A stretch of DNA of 55,361 nt, taken from IMG/VR virus record IMGVR_UViG_3300031992_000037; one strand, 5' to 3'. Source of the DNA: an uncultured virus (IMG/VR IMGVR_UViG_3300031992_000037) (Duplodnaviria; Heunggongvirae; Uroviricota; Caudoviricetes). The position numbers and the translations under genes were made by a program. The notes under the pieces are model-generated. The model searched no databases. It was given only the letters and a program-made list of their open reading frames with translations, and had not been told where the DNA came from. Of this stretch, positions 22,687 through 32,838 are shown in pieces (position 1 is the first letter of the stretch; each line of letters opens with the position of its first letter).

Positions 22687-24399
22687 TTATTTATTATTTA
22701 ATTCACCTCCTGATTTAAATGTAATGGTTGGGCCAAGCTAGAGTTCATCCATAGTTGCCCCGGCTGTAGTTATTCCAGTTTGATTAGGACCTGGATAAGA
22801 ATACTAATCAGATATAAAGGGCTAATTTAACACACTTCTAGCAGAGCCTTGTCCATAAGGATAATATCCTGGAGCGTACTTTCCTCCAACAATATTTTTT
22901 ACATTACCATCACCTAACGTAAGTTTAATTTTTCCCCAGGGTCCTGTGGCGACACCTCCAGGATTTTTATGATATTCTTCTTTAAACCACGACTGAAATT
23001 CTGGAGACCCCCAATTTTTAACAGTCTACCAAGTTGATAATTTGGGAATTGTAACTATAGTAGATGTTGATGGGATAGTTGAAGTAGTCGGATTATCATA
23101 CCTAGGAAAATATGTTGGATAGAAAAACTTATTTGGAAGATTAAAACTATAAGAATATACTCCATAATCAACCGGACTTGGGGTCATTTCTACAGCAAAA
23201 GTCTACTACCCCCTACCATCTACAGCAAAAGTCTACTACCCCCTACCATGAGGTTGCGCATCTCCATGTCCAAATTTATATCTTGAGGTATTATTCCATC
23301 TAAATAAGCCACTGCTTGGTTTTCCAGTATTAAATCCTGGAGTAGAAGTACCTTTTACTACCTGAGGATTTGCCAACACAACTCTCTAGGTGTCTCCAAA
23401 TTCTCCAGCAAGACCTTCTAAAGCATTTCCCCCAACCTATAAAGTTACATCCGGAGTACTTACATTTTTTAAATGCACTGATCCATCTTTATAACGAACC
23501 CACTAATATTGATCCGATATGGGAGTATACGAAAGTTCTGCAGTTGGAAAGACTTTTGCAGCACCAAAACCAACTCCAAGAGCTGCAGGATGTACAACAT
23601 TCCAAAAATGGGAATCATTTTCAGCTGGATCTATAAAAAGATCACTTATAGGTCTTCCAACCTTCTTTTCCATAACATCGGAAAATCCAGAATACTTTCC
23701 ATCAGACGCTTGTCGTATTGTATAATCTGTTGCAGATGCAGCTCCAGCACCAGCTATGGCTGCCAATGGATTTGTAAAACCAATTATTGCTGGGGCAATA
23801 ATAGAGGCAGCTTTATCGGTACTCTATCTTATTCCTCTATTAAAAAGCGCTGATTGCACCTACTCTGGTATATATTTAGAAGTCTCTTTATTCCACCAAT
23901 TTGGATGAGCTTCAATGATTTTAACCCAATCAGGTATAGGTAAGATCTATCTATACTTTGTATAATTTGGGTTGAATAGAACAGATGGATCATTAGCCGC
24001 TTCATTTCTCCAAGCAGTTAATCCCTCAGAACTGGCTTTTTTATCAGCTTTTCCTGTAACTGTAACTTCTGGAAGCTATCCTGCATATGCGTATGCAGTA
24101 TTAGAAGTTGTTAAATCTGCATCCTTCACCTACTTTGGTGTAATGCGAGTAGTATTTCCTTTTGTTTCTACTACATCCTCAAATTGAAATTGATTTCTAT
24201 ATTTAGGGTTAATTACTATTTCTTTATTTCTTTTATCTCCACCACCCATAGTCTATAATGCCTTAGCTAATCTAATATTAGCTTCAGCCTAACCAACTTC
24301 AGAAGGATTAATTCCTAATTCCGGATGATCCTAAACAAACTATTTTCGAGATTCTATACTCGATAAATTATACTTCTAAAAAATCTAATACGGTAACAT
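22687..24399 (-). CDS. Putative virion/cargo protein, 570 aa with TAG=Gln
   Basis: Single frame interrupted only by TAG; includes track ORF 23503..23766; LPEVTVT motif, hydrophobic segment, ends FKSGGELNNK. Confidence 0.8.
23189..23248. repeat. Perfect 30-bp tandem duplication (in-frame GRGQQTFAV x2)
   Basis: tctacagcaaaagtctactaccccctacca occurs twice in tandem. Confidence 0.95.
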
Positions 24400-25199
24400 T
24401 AGTATATAATATATTTACAATTATTAATTTCTTTCTACATCTTTAACTACCTAACCTCCCAATTTATAAGGGTATCAATATCATCCTTTATATAATCTAC
24501 AGTATATTTTCCCCTAACTTTTAAATCAGCTATATGCCAGATTTCTAAGGAATCAATAATAAAATCAGGATTAAGCTTTTGTAATATCCAAGCATATATA
24601 GAAACCTATATTTGATATCTTGTGAGATCTGAATCCATATATTTAGACATAGGATATCTTAAGGTTTTCTTCTTATGTTTAGACATGTCATATTGAGAAT
24701 TCTTTTTAATTTTATCACCGGTTTTAAAGTCTATAATAGTAATATGATTCCCATCTCTAATAAGACAATCAATCACCCCAACCAATAATATATTTTCATC
24801 TAAAGGATATTCAACTCTTAATTCATTAAATACTCCCTTTTCAGTCTTCATAAAATTCTCCTATGCAGATATGGAGTATACTGAAGTGTCTATGCCTAAT
24901 GTTGATATAGCATTAGAATTGAATAGATTTCGGATCTATTCATGAACTTCAGTACCTTGCTTTTTAGCATCATCAGATTTATTCTTCCAATCTTCTTCAA
25001 TCTCTTTATAAGTGTTTATATAATCGATTGGATCTAAATCCTTTATATATTTCTCATCAATTCTCTTACTTTTTAAGAGTGATAATTTAATTTCTTCAAA
25101 ATCTGGATGTAGTTTTTCAAGAGTCTTGTAATACAACCAAAACTCCTTTTCAAAGATCCTCAATTCCGATAATATTCTTGTAGGCGATAGTATTTCCAT
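24399..25199 (-). CDS. PD-(D/E)XK (RecB/Cas4-like) exonuclease, 266 aa with TAG=Gln
   Basis: GTEVHE(Q)I...ELRV...GVIDCL...IIDFKT...RYQI(Q)VSIYAW; TAATG overlap with the next gene. Confidence 0.88.
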
Positions 25200-25474
25200 A
25201 ACGTGCAAAGTTAATTATTATTCAAATAATATAAAATATGGATCGATATTTTTTATAAAAATAAAATTAATAAGAATTCTTTATTATATTATACATAATA
25301 TATAATATATAAGGTATTGATTTGAATTTTATTATGGACTCAGTTAAATATTACTAATAATATCCCAGCTCTGTTTTTACTTTGCTAAATAAGTAGTACT
25401 TTTGTGCATTATAGGTAATGAATAGAAGTTTTACTTAAAGTCCTTCGAGCTTGTCGAAAAATATCCTATAATAG

Positions 25475-25506
25475 AAAACCCGGTTTATGCCGGGTTTTTC
25501 TTTTTA
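25475..25506. terminator. Bidirectional intrinsic terminator
   Basis: aaaacccgg-tttatg-ccgggtttttcttttt. Confidence 0.75.
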
Positions 25507-26268
25507 TACTTTATTACGACGATGCACGTGGAAGTGCGGACCAGTAGTAATTCCAGGAATGGGATTATCTTTCTCATTTTTAATATAAATGCCCTTATCT
25601 CTCATATATTGTTGTATCTCTGGATCATTATCAATAATCTATTGAGCGAGTTCATAATCATTATCGATAGGGGTAAAATCAACGGCATTACCTTGATAGT
25701 GTGTTGAATTTTTTACATGCCCAGACTAAGCAAATCCCTCAGTAACTCTAACTCCAATCCCCTTACTAGTTAATAACTTTAAGAAATCGATAACATCATT
25801 GTGTACATTATCTAATGTTATTCCTTTTTTAAATATTAACTCCCCTGGTTCTATATCCCTGGATTTAATATTTGTAGTCCTAATATAATCTCTTAATTTT
25901 AAATCAGGATTAAATTTAGACTTATTATCAAGATTTTTATCAAGATTGGCTGAAATCTCTTTATATCTTTCAAAAGCTTGAAATCTCTAATTGAACCGAT
26001 CTGGAAAGAGATCAGAGTAATCCTTGTATTCTGGCTGAGATGTATTTGGCAAATATGTAGAGTTATAAAACTCTAAACCTTCTGCTCCTTTTTTAACCCA
26101 TTTACGTGCGTTCTAAGCAAATGTAGCCTTCTTTCTTATAGAGGCTAGTGGAGAATTTTTTCCCTTTCTAATACATTCTTCTGTAACTTTCCCACCACAG
26201 TAATCTGTGAAGGAACCTCGTTTTGAGGGTTTTATATGAATCCCACCTTGTTTAAATATATTGATCAT
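25504..26268 (-). CDS. Peptidase M15-like (LAS) domain fused to conserved N-terminal GGIHIK...FAQNARKW module, 254 aa
   Basis: N-terminus FKQGGIHIKPSKRGSFTDYCGGKVTEECI...KATFA(Q)NARKW; C-terminus VRVTEG...STHYQGNAVDF...GPHFHV. Confidence 0.8.
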
Positions 26269-26947
26269 AACTAAAAATTTTTTACAAAATTAAAAATTTT
26301 TTTAAAAAAATAAAAGTCAAAAATAGGCCCCCCGGGGTTTTTAAATGAGGGGGTGTTTAGGTGCAGAAGTTGGGTGTAGATTGGAAGTTTTTGTGAGTTG
26401 TGGGAGCGGGAGGACACCTAGGCAGCATGGCCCCCCGCAAAGCGTATGGGAAAACAATACCCAGCAGGCCTCAGGCCCTGCCGGGTATAATTTTCCCATA
26501 GACACAATTTCGCGGAGGAGCGTGATCGCCTTTCCTGGAAATGGCTGTGTTGCACCAATAGCAGCATGGCTCCGCGGCCTCACGAAATTGTGTCGACATC
26601 CCGACAGGTGACCTGGCGTGCTAACCGACTGGGATGTAAAACAGCACTGCATCTTCGGATGTACCAGGACGGGGCGGTTGGAGACAACCAGACGAAACCG
26701 TGACGGAAGTAGTCTAGTAGAATCATGCAATCGGAGATGGTATCAAAGATTAAGCACTAATTCACAATAGATGTGGAAAGTCTGAATCCCTCTTTAAAGT
26801 GTAAGGAGATGACCGTTGATAAAATGCTTTCAACAAGGTAAGACAAGTACTGCTATAATGAATTCAAACGGGCAATCTTAACTGCCCCAAAGCTCTCTGA
26901 GTTCTGGAATCTTAGTAGGAGAGTTATAATTAATAAAGATACTTGGT

Positions 26948-27358
26948 ATGAAGACATATCAAGAAAATGTTAAAGCATTAATTAGTAAACTTAATGCCTC
27001 ATTTGGCTTTAAGTTTTACTTAGAAGAGATGGCCAATTTTGGCCGTCCCTTCACAATTCTCCGTGAGGGGACTGGATACTGTTTAGATATACAGTATTCA
27101 GAATCTGGGTTTGGAACAACCGACCTGGGCCTTTTTGGGCCCTCGCCAAAGGTTCCAAAACCAACAGACCAATTGCCGGCCATTGCGATAGTGACCGAAA
27201 CGTGGGACGATTGGTACCCACAAATTAAAGACACCAATGTGGAATTCTGTCAAAGAATTCCAATACCGTTTCCGCAATCCCACACCAAAGAGGTGTGGCA
27301 TACGTGCGGCTGTGCGCATACAATACACACCCACACCAGGGTAATTGTGGAGTGCTAG
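26948..27358 (+). CDS. Hypothetical early protein
   Basis: Track ORF; ends in TAG. Confidence 0.5.
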   Translation: MKTYQENVKALISKLNASFGFKFYLEEMANFGRPFTILREGTGYCLDIQYSESGFGTTDLGLFGPSPKVPKPTDQLPAIAIVTETWDDWYPQIKDTNVEFCQRIPIPFPQSHTKEVWHTCGCAHTIHTHTRVIVEC

Positions 27359-27690
27359 CCCTAAGGCCCATCTATGGAGCAGGACACAGTTCGATTCTGT
27401 GTATGGGCCCTATGCCTATGAAACAAGATGGAGTCCCTGCTGGATGCATGCGATTTAACGTCGCCTTGTATCAAGCAAGACTCGAATCCTTGGAGAGTTT
27501 CTTAGGCTCTAATCCGTATGCCGGGGAATACGAACTGGCCTTATGCTGGGGAGTATCTCTGTCCGCGGCAATAGCCACCATGCATAAAATAATGGTTGGG
27601 ATTAGAGCCGGGATACTTCAATCAAAATTCCCAATAAATGGGAAGAAGATTGGAGTAAAAGGAAACTATTATGTCGTATATAAGGCATAA
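27295..27690 (+). CDS. Hypothetical early protein (start uncertain)
   Basis: Track ORF followed by a hairpin. Confidence 0.45.
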   Translation: MAYVRLCAYNTHPHQGNCGVLALRPIYGAGHSSILCMGPMPMKQDGVPAGCMRFNVALYQARLESLESFLGSNPYAGEYELALCWGVSLSAAIATMHKIMVGIRAGILQSKFPINGKKIGVKGNYYVVYKA

Positions 27691-27809
27691 CTCCTGCAGA
27701 GGGATGCGTATTCTGCATTACTCATAACGCATAACGATAGATCTTAGCTATTACAAAACACCTCCTTGTAATAGCCGGACAAGTATAGGAGGTATAAATT
27801 CGACAGACT

Positions 27810-28070
27810 ATGAATATGTATGTCGACATGGCTGTAGAGCCTCACGGCCCTACGTCTGAGAATGACATCGGGATTGCCATTCTACAGGCGTTAGAATCAA
27901 GATTGGAGAGTCCTAATGCTTTCTAGGCATCTCCAATCAAGTACTGTCTGTACGCAAATTCTGATGAGGACATAGCCTATTTGAGATCTTGGATTTGTAG
28001 TAATCTTAGATCTACAAATGGCAAATCTGTCCTATCAGAATTTGACTACGGTCAGTAGTAGGGCTCCTGA
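27810..28070 (+). CDS. Possible hypothetical protein with internal TAG (27924)
   Basis: MNMYVDMAVEPHGPTSENDIGIAILQALESRLESPNAF*ASPIKYCLYANSDED...; open apart from TAG codons. Confidence 0.35.
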
Positions 28071-28519
28071 GTAAGACTCCGAGTGTAATGAGCTCGGGAA
28101 CAGAAATCATCCCTGTATTGATATTGGTTTATCATACAGGCCTAAAGTTGGCCGTACATGGACACCACTATGTGTAGGGCCTAAATTAAAGAGCATCATC
28201 TCTCTAAACTGTCTAGCGGCTTGACCACATCCTTTCGGTACTGGCGGTGAAAATCCAAACCGGGCTAGCAAGCAGCTCATCTTGTAAAACCGAGCCACCT
28301 AAGCATTCATATATGTGAGCTTTCGGCAGCAGCATGTATGAAAGACGGGCATCCTCAATATGATGTAAAACTATTGACATCAGATAAGATGTAAAAATCC
28401 CCACTACCGGGGTGACATGGTACTCGGATTGTTAATTGTCTGGCCGAGCGGACTAGAGCAGTTCTTGACCCACGGGCTGTCGACGATCCACATTTTATGT
28501 GGATATTTTGGGTATTCAT

Positions 28520-29188
28520 ATGGCAACAAAGAATATTATTGCCGAAGTAATTAATGCGAGCAAAGATGCTCGCCAATTTAGTGAGGAAGAGCTTCAAAAG
28601 AAGCTTGCCTCTCTAAATGGGCGAGATGGCTCGCCCCTCAAAGCCGAAGAGGAGCTTTGGCTCCTCCCGGTGCTCCTTCCAAGCTGGAAGTGGAAGGGCA
28701 TTGAGGGTGAATACCCTGCACTTCCAGCCATCAACCAGAACGGACACCTGGTCGTAATAGGTCTTGGAAGCCTCGCTGGAGGTTCTGGGTACCTAGAGGA
28801 TCCAGGCGAAGGAACCTGGGAAATTTCGGAGACCGGATGGTGGTATCTAAAACCGTCTGAGGTCCCCGAAGGTGGTAGCAGGGCCACCAAAGTCTGGGGG
28901 TTGTCGAGGAGTCTTAAAGACTCATTCAACGACAACCTCGAGCTCAGAGGGGTCGTATCCCTCAAAGTAGAGGAGGACGGCTATTGTTACGGGCCGAGGC
29001 TCGTAAAGGCCGGGAGTCCCGACGAGGGACGAGAGAGGGCAAGCCTGCGCTTTAAGCGCAACACCCATTTCTGGGAAGGCAAGGCCCAGCCAATAACCGC
29101 CATTCCGAGCAAACTTAAAAAGTTTGCAGAGAAGCTGGGTTTACCGATGGAATGGCTAAAACCATTCCCAGCTGACTTCTACTGCTGA
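28520..29188 (+). CDS. Hypothetical protein (MATKN family, 222 aa)
   Basis: Track ORF with ATG at 28520; strong terminator downstream. Confidence 0.8.
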   Translation: MATKNIIAEVINASKDARQFSEEELQKKLASLNGRDGSPLKAEEELWLLPVLLPSWKWKGIEGEYPALPAINQNGHLVVIGLGSLAGGSGYLEDPGEGTWEISETGWWYLKPSEVPEGGSRATKVWGLSRSLKDSFNDNLELRGVVSLKVEEDGYCYGPRLVKAGSPDEGRERASLRFKRNTHFWEGKAQPITAIPSKLKKFAEKLGLPMEWLKPFPADFYC

Positions 29189-29230
29189 AATAAAGGATCC
29201 TAGAGAAATCTAGGATCCTTTATTTTTTTT
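29188..29230 (+). terminator. Intrinsic terminator
   Basis: aaataaaggatcctaga-gaaa-tctaggatcctttattt followed by a T run. Confidence 0.85.
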
Positions 29231-29309
29231 GGCGACTCATCATGGCCCCAGGTACTTTATAGCGCATAAAGCGTATTATTATTTTTTTTTAATTTAATAT
29301 TTTTATTGT

Positions 29310-29978
29310 ATGGCAACGAAAAATTCGTATCTGGGTGAAAAATTCAACCCAGCAGATGAGAGCGATCGTGCTCTCAAAGACATGAAGGCACTCGAATCAG
29401 TTAATTTTGAGCGCCAAGCTCCATTAACTGAAGGTGCAACTTATATCCTCCTACCGCAGGAAAATACAGCGGCTGTATATACTATCCCAGGAGTTGGTGA
29501 TAGAGTTTCTCGCCGATTCTGGGCAGTTGAGCTTAACCGAAAGAATGAGCCTGTATCTATACGTAGTATAGGCTATTCATCGATAGCCAAAATGGGATAT
29601 CAAGAAAAGACTTCAGCTCAACCTGCTGCACCAGAGGTTCCTGCATATCAGGATAAAGAAGGAAAATGGCACCCGAAACGTGGGTTAAGTTATGTGTTCT
29701 CATGCGAGGACCACAACTTCATTAAGGCAAACCCAGAGACAATGCTTATGGAGATAAAGACTCCTACGGCATTGAAAGTGATGCGTAGAGCCGAAGTGTG
29801 GGTTGCATCCTTTAAGGATCAAGCATTAGTAGTAAAGGACGGGATGATTGTTCCTGAAGTAGATGACCGATTCGTGTTCTTCAAAACCCTCGTAGCCCCA
29901 ACTGAAGATATAGTTGAGGCTTGCAAAAAGGTCCTTGAAAATGAAGACTCAATTCAAGACTGCCTTTACCTGTTGTAA
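29310..29978 (+). CDS. Hypothetical protein (MATKN family, 222 aa)
   Basis: Track ORF with an AT-rich initiation region. Confidence 0.85.
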   Translation: MATKNSYLGEKFNPADESDRALKDMKALESVNFERQAPLTEGATYILLPQENTAAVYTIPGVGDRVSRRFWAVELNRKNEPVSIRSIGYSSIAKMGYQEKTSAQPAAPEVPAYQDKEGKWHPKRGLSYVFSCEDHNFIKANPETMLMEIKTPTALKVMRRAEVWVASFKDQALVVKDGMIVPEVDDRFVFFKTLVAPTEDIVEACKKVLENEDSIQDCLYLL

Positions 29979-30149
29979 GGGTAGTCTTGAAGGTAACACT
30001 TTTAAAACCGAAAATATTTCATATAAGTGTTATTTTATAAAGGGCCGACCGAAACCAGCAGACGGTGAAATAGTTTATGCCATGTTTCGCCGTCTGTCTG
30101 ATGATTCGGTATTATTATTAATGTATCTCCCTGAATGGTCAGGAGTATA

Positions 30150-30670
30150 AATATTGTTGACCAGGAATTTGTCAGTAGTATTGAAACTGTCAATATGTAG
30201 TTATATAACATCCGCAGTATTATACATTGAAATATGTATAATTGTCTAACAAGTTATGTATAATAAGTTGAAGGTGAAATCTAAATCCTAATCCTGTATA
30301 GTTAGACTACAGGTAGCATGTGCAATACCTATAGGTCATGCTGTGTGTATATACCCTAAGAGTATCTAGTTCCTATGCTTATAAATGGAAATGGTAGGGG
30401 TATTATACACACAAAAAATTGTATTTTGTTAATCAAAAGTAGTTCAGTATTAAAATGAAGCATAGCGGCTGGTAACCGATTAGAGAGTACCAGACATAGA
30501 GTGAAGTCTGTGTCGAAACACATTGCTATAGGAAGACCTCTATAGATAAAAGGACAATGTGTATGCAATTTCCTTACTGCATAAATCCGAGACTGTTGGT
30601 AACAGTTGAACTTCACAGACAGCTATATAGGTGGACTAACCATCCGCATCTAGACTATATAGCTTTTTTA
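30150..30670 (+). ncRNA. Candidate large structured non-coding RNA
   Basis: About 520 nt with no credible ORF and roughly ten stems, closed by a terminator-like hairpin and T run. Confidence 0.45.
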
Positions 30671-30954
30671 CTCATACCACTGTGATAGGTGGTATGGGTC
30701 CTATCTTGCTTTCTGATATACAATCAGTGGACAACTGCTTACTTTGAAGAATAAAGGTATGGCAAGAGCTGCACTCTTACTAGGTTCTTGAGTGATAACT
30801 TCAAAGCGCTGCGTTTATTAGAGCGTGGAAACAGAAATCTAATACTCTATTTCTTATTCAGAGTATAACTGAATATATCCCATCCGATGGTAGTGAAAAC
30901 GATGTAAAACTAAACCTACCAATTTTTATTAACAATCTAAAAATTATTAGTAAT

Positions 30955-31323
30955 ATGCAAACAATTATGTATCAAGATGAAAAAGGATATAGATATATCC
31001 CAGTTTTCCAACCAGAGTTATCAAACTTGTTTGAATATACTCGAAAAAAAGTATATCACATCTATACAGATAATCCTAAATGGTGTGGAAAAATATTACC
31101 AGAAGTAGTAAATGACACATCTATAGACGTAGGTACAAGAACTTATTGGCTGGAGAGAACTAATAACTCCATAGAGTGGGGACTAAAACCTTATCACAAG
31201 ATATCATTTAAAGACATTGAAGAATTAGATGAAGATATATGTGAAATATATAATTTTGAGTCAATTGGAATTGATTCAAGTGGAGTTTATGAATATGAAA
31301 TTATCTATCCCTATGATGATTAG
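30955..31323 (+). CDS. Hypothetical protein (TAG apparently used as stop)
   Basis: Track ORF. Confidence 0.75.
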   Translation: MQTIMYQDEKGYRYIPVFQPELSNLFEYTRKKVYHIYTDNPKWCGKILPEVVNDTSIDVGTRTYWLERTNNSIEWGLKPYHKISFKDIEELDEDICEIYNFESIGIDSSGVYEYEIIYPYDD

Positions 31324-31363
31324 GGATAGATAATTTTTATTAACAATTTAAAAATTAAAAAAT

Positions 31364-31663
31364 ATGAAAAAAGTATATAACGTTGTTCATCACTATGATG
31401 TTGATGGCGGAATTGGATATGCCATCAGTCAAAAAGAAGTTCTATTTATAACTTCTGTCAAAAAAGTGGCAGAAGAATTTATAGATAAATATTCCCATGA
31501 TCATGTCTATGATGTTCCATATTCAGAACTTCATATGGGATTATTAAAAGTGGAAGAATTCAATGTAATAGAATCTTGGGAGGATATCCCCAAAAATATA
31601 ATTGAATGGGGAGATGAAAACAAAAGTGAGACAGACAACTATAATCCGGATGACTATCATTAA
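31364..31663 (+). CDS. Hypothetical protein
   Basis: Track ORF with A-rich initiation region. Confidence 0.8.
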   Translation: MKKVYNVVHHYDVDGGIGYAISQKEVLFITSVKKVAEEFIDKYSHDHVYDVPYSELHMGLLKVEEFNVIESWEDIPKNIIEWGDENKSETDNYNPDDYH

Positions 31664-31721
31664 GATTATGAGTTTTCTATCTCAGACTGGTTAGATTGGT
31701 AATTATTAAAATATATAAATT

Positions 31722-31940
31722 ATGAAGAAGATATTGAATTATATACTGTTGTACGGCACAATAGTGTACAGCTTGCTATTTTTAATGGCGGCAGAGTCAT
31801 TAATCGAAAGCCTTCCCGCAATAGCCTGTATTATGATTTTAATACAGGCAACATTAATATTCTTATGTATAGGAATATTTGGAGATGGAAAGTGGCGTGA
31901 ATATGTACCTAAATGGATAAGTAGGATGGATGAAGATTAA
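31722..31940 (+). CDS. Small two-TM membrane protein
   Basis: Two hydrophobic helices. Confidence 0.75.
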   Translation: MKKILNYILLYGTIVYSLLFLMAAESLIESLPAIACIMILIQATLIFLCIGIFGDGKWREYVPKWISRMDED

Positions 31941-32142
31941 TTAAATCATGATATATCCTTATATAATGAAACCCTTTTTGACTAACCATTTATGGAGGAA
32001 TAAATGGAAGCAGGTAAGAAGACATAATAGAAATTGACCAATTTTCATTATCCTGAGGATCTGGGTACACACAGTATCCTGAAAGTCTTCAATTTGTTCC
32101 TAAGAGAGTGATATCTGTTAGGGGCACTAACCCTGCAAAGGG

Positions 32143-32216
32143 ATTTGTCGTATTAATTTGTGTTTTTCCTGTCGAGAGAGTCTTAATCCTTATTTGGTTG
32201 GAAGATGGTTTAGAAG
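32143..32216 (-). CRISPR. Solitary CRISPR repeat (32180-32216) with adjacent 37-nt spacer-like unit (32143-32179)
   Basis: GTCTTAATCCTTATTTGGTTGGAAGATGGTTTAGAAG. The reverse complement ends AAGGATTAAGAC, like Bacteroidota type III repeats. Identical copy at 33689. Confidence 0.75.
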
Positions 32217-32440
32217 ACATGCGCGTGCGGTTATATAAGTAGTGTGTCTTCCGAGTAGTGTGTCTTGCGAACGACTCGGATGAACGACTACAAATTAACG
32301 TTTTTTTAGTAACTTGTTTGGGCATGTTAAGTCTTGGTGTTGATTTCATGTTCTCGAAGTGTCCGTTTGAGGTATATTCGGACGATTTTTATATTACTAT
32401 TTCAAAAGTGGAGGCACCACGATAAAAACTGTTTATTGTT

Positions 32441-32722
32441 ATGTATTTATTGAACGCATTTAGTTTGCAGATGGTGGAAACACCTGTATCTGTGAAATTT
32501 TCTGAAATAGAAGTGAACGAATTGCCCAAAGAATTAACATCAGCCATCGGGCATGCGGATACTGCTGCTGTTCTTGGTGTTGAATGCAATCGCATAAATG
32601 TTAAATTAGCAAAAGGCGATACCGCATACGTTGCCCAACTGATGGGCGGACGACTCCCCGAAGGGAGCACAACTCTCCCCGAAGGATTCCACTTCAAGTT
32701 TATTAAGGTGGACGTTGAATAA
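32441..32722 (+). CDS. acrIII-1: AcrIII-1 / DUF1874 (STIV B116-like) cA4 ring nuclease
   Basis: MYLLNAFSLQM...SAIGHADTA...NRINVKL..GD...VAQ..GGRLPEG shows the GH, NR and RxxE motifs of the family. Confidence 0.85.
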   Translation: MYLLNAFSLQMVETPVSVKFSEIEVNELPKELTSAIGHADTAAVLGVECNRINVKLAKGDTAYVAQLMGGRLPEGSTTLPEGFHFKFIKVDVE

Positions 32723-32838
32723 ATCCCTTATTCAAAATAATCAATACGTCAAAGAGCTAATAAATAGGATTTTTGACTAAAATGACAAATCATAAATCCT
32801 TAATTAAAAATTACTTATATTTATAAACCTACAATCAA

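Noticed and set aside
1291..25707. Plus-strand track ORFs in the left half (e.g. 1291, 4016, 10981, 13131, 17960, 21034, 23370-24187, 25522)
   Set aside because: They are antisense shadows of long TAG-recoded minus-strand genes.
1..26268. Mass pseudogenisation or poor assembly of the left half
   Set aside because: Interruptions are almost all TAG, frames are preserved, and gene overlaps are restored on readthrough.
26341..26970. ORFs 26341..26730 (-), 26345..26611 (+) and a TAA-interrupted frame from 26725
   Set aside because: No credible initiation context or protein-like features; the interrupted frame has two TAA stops.
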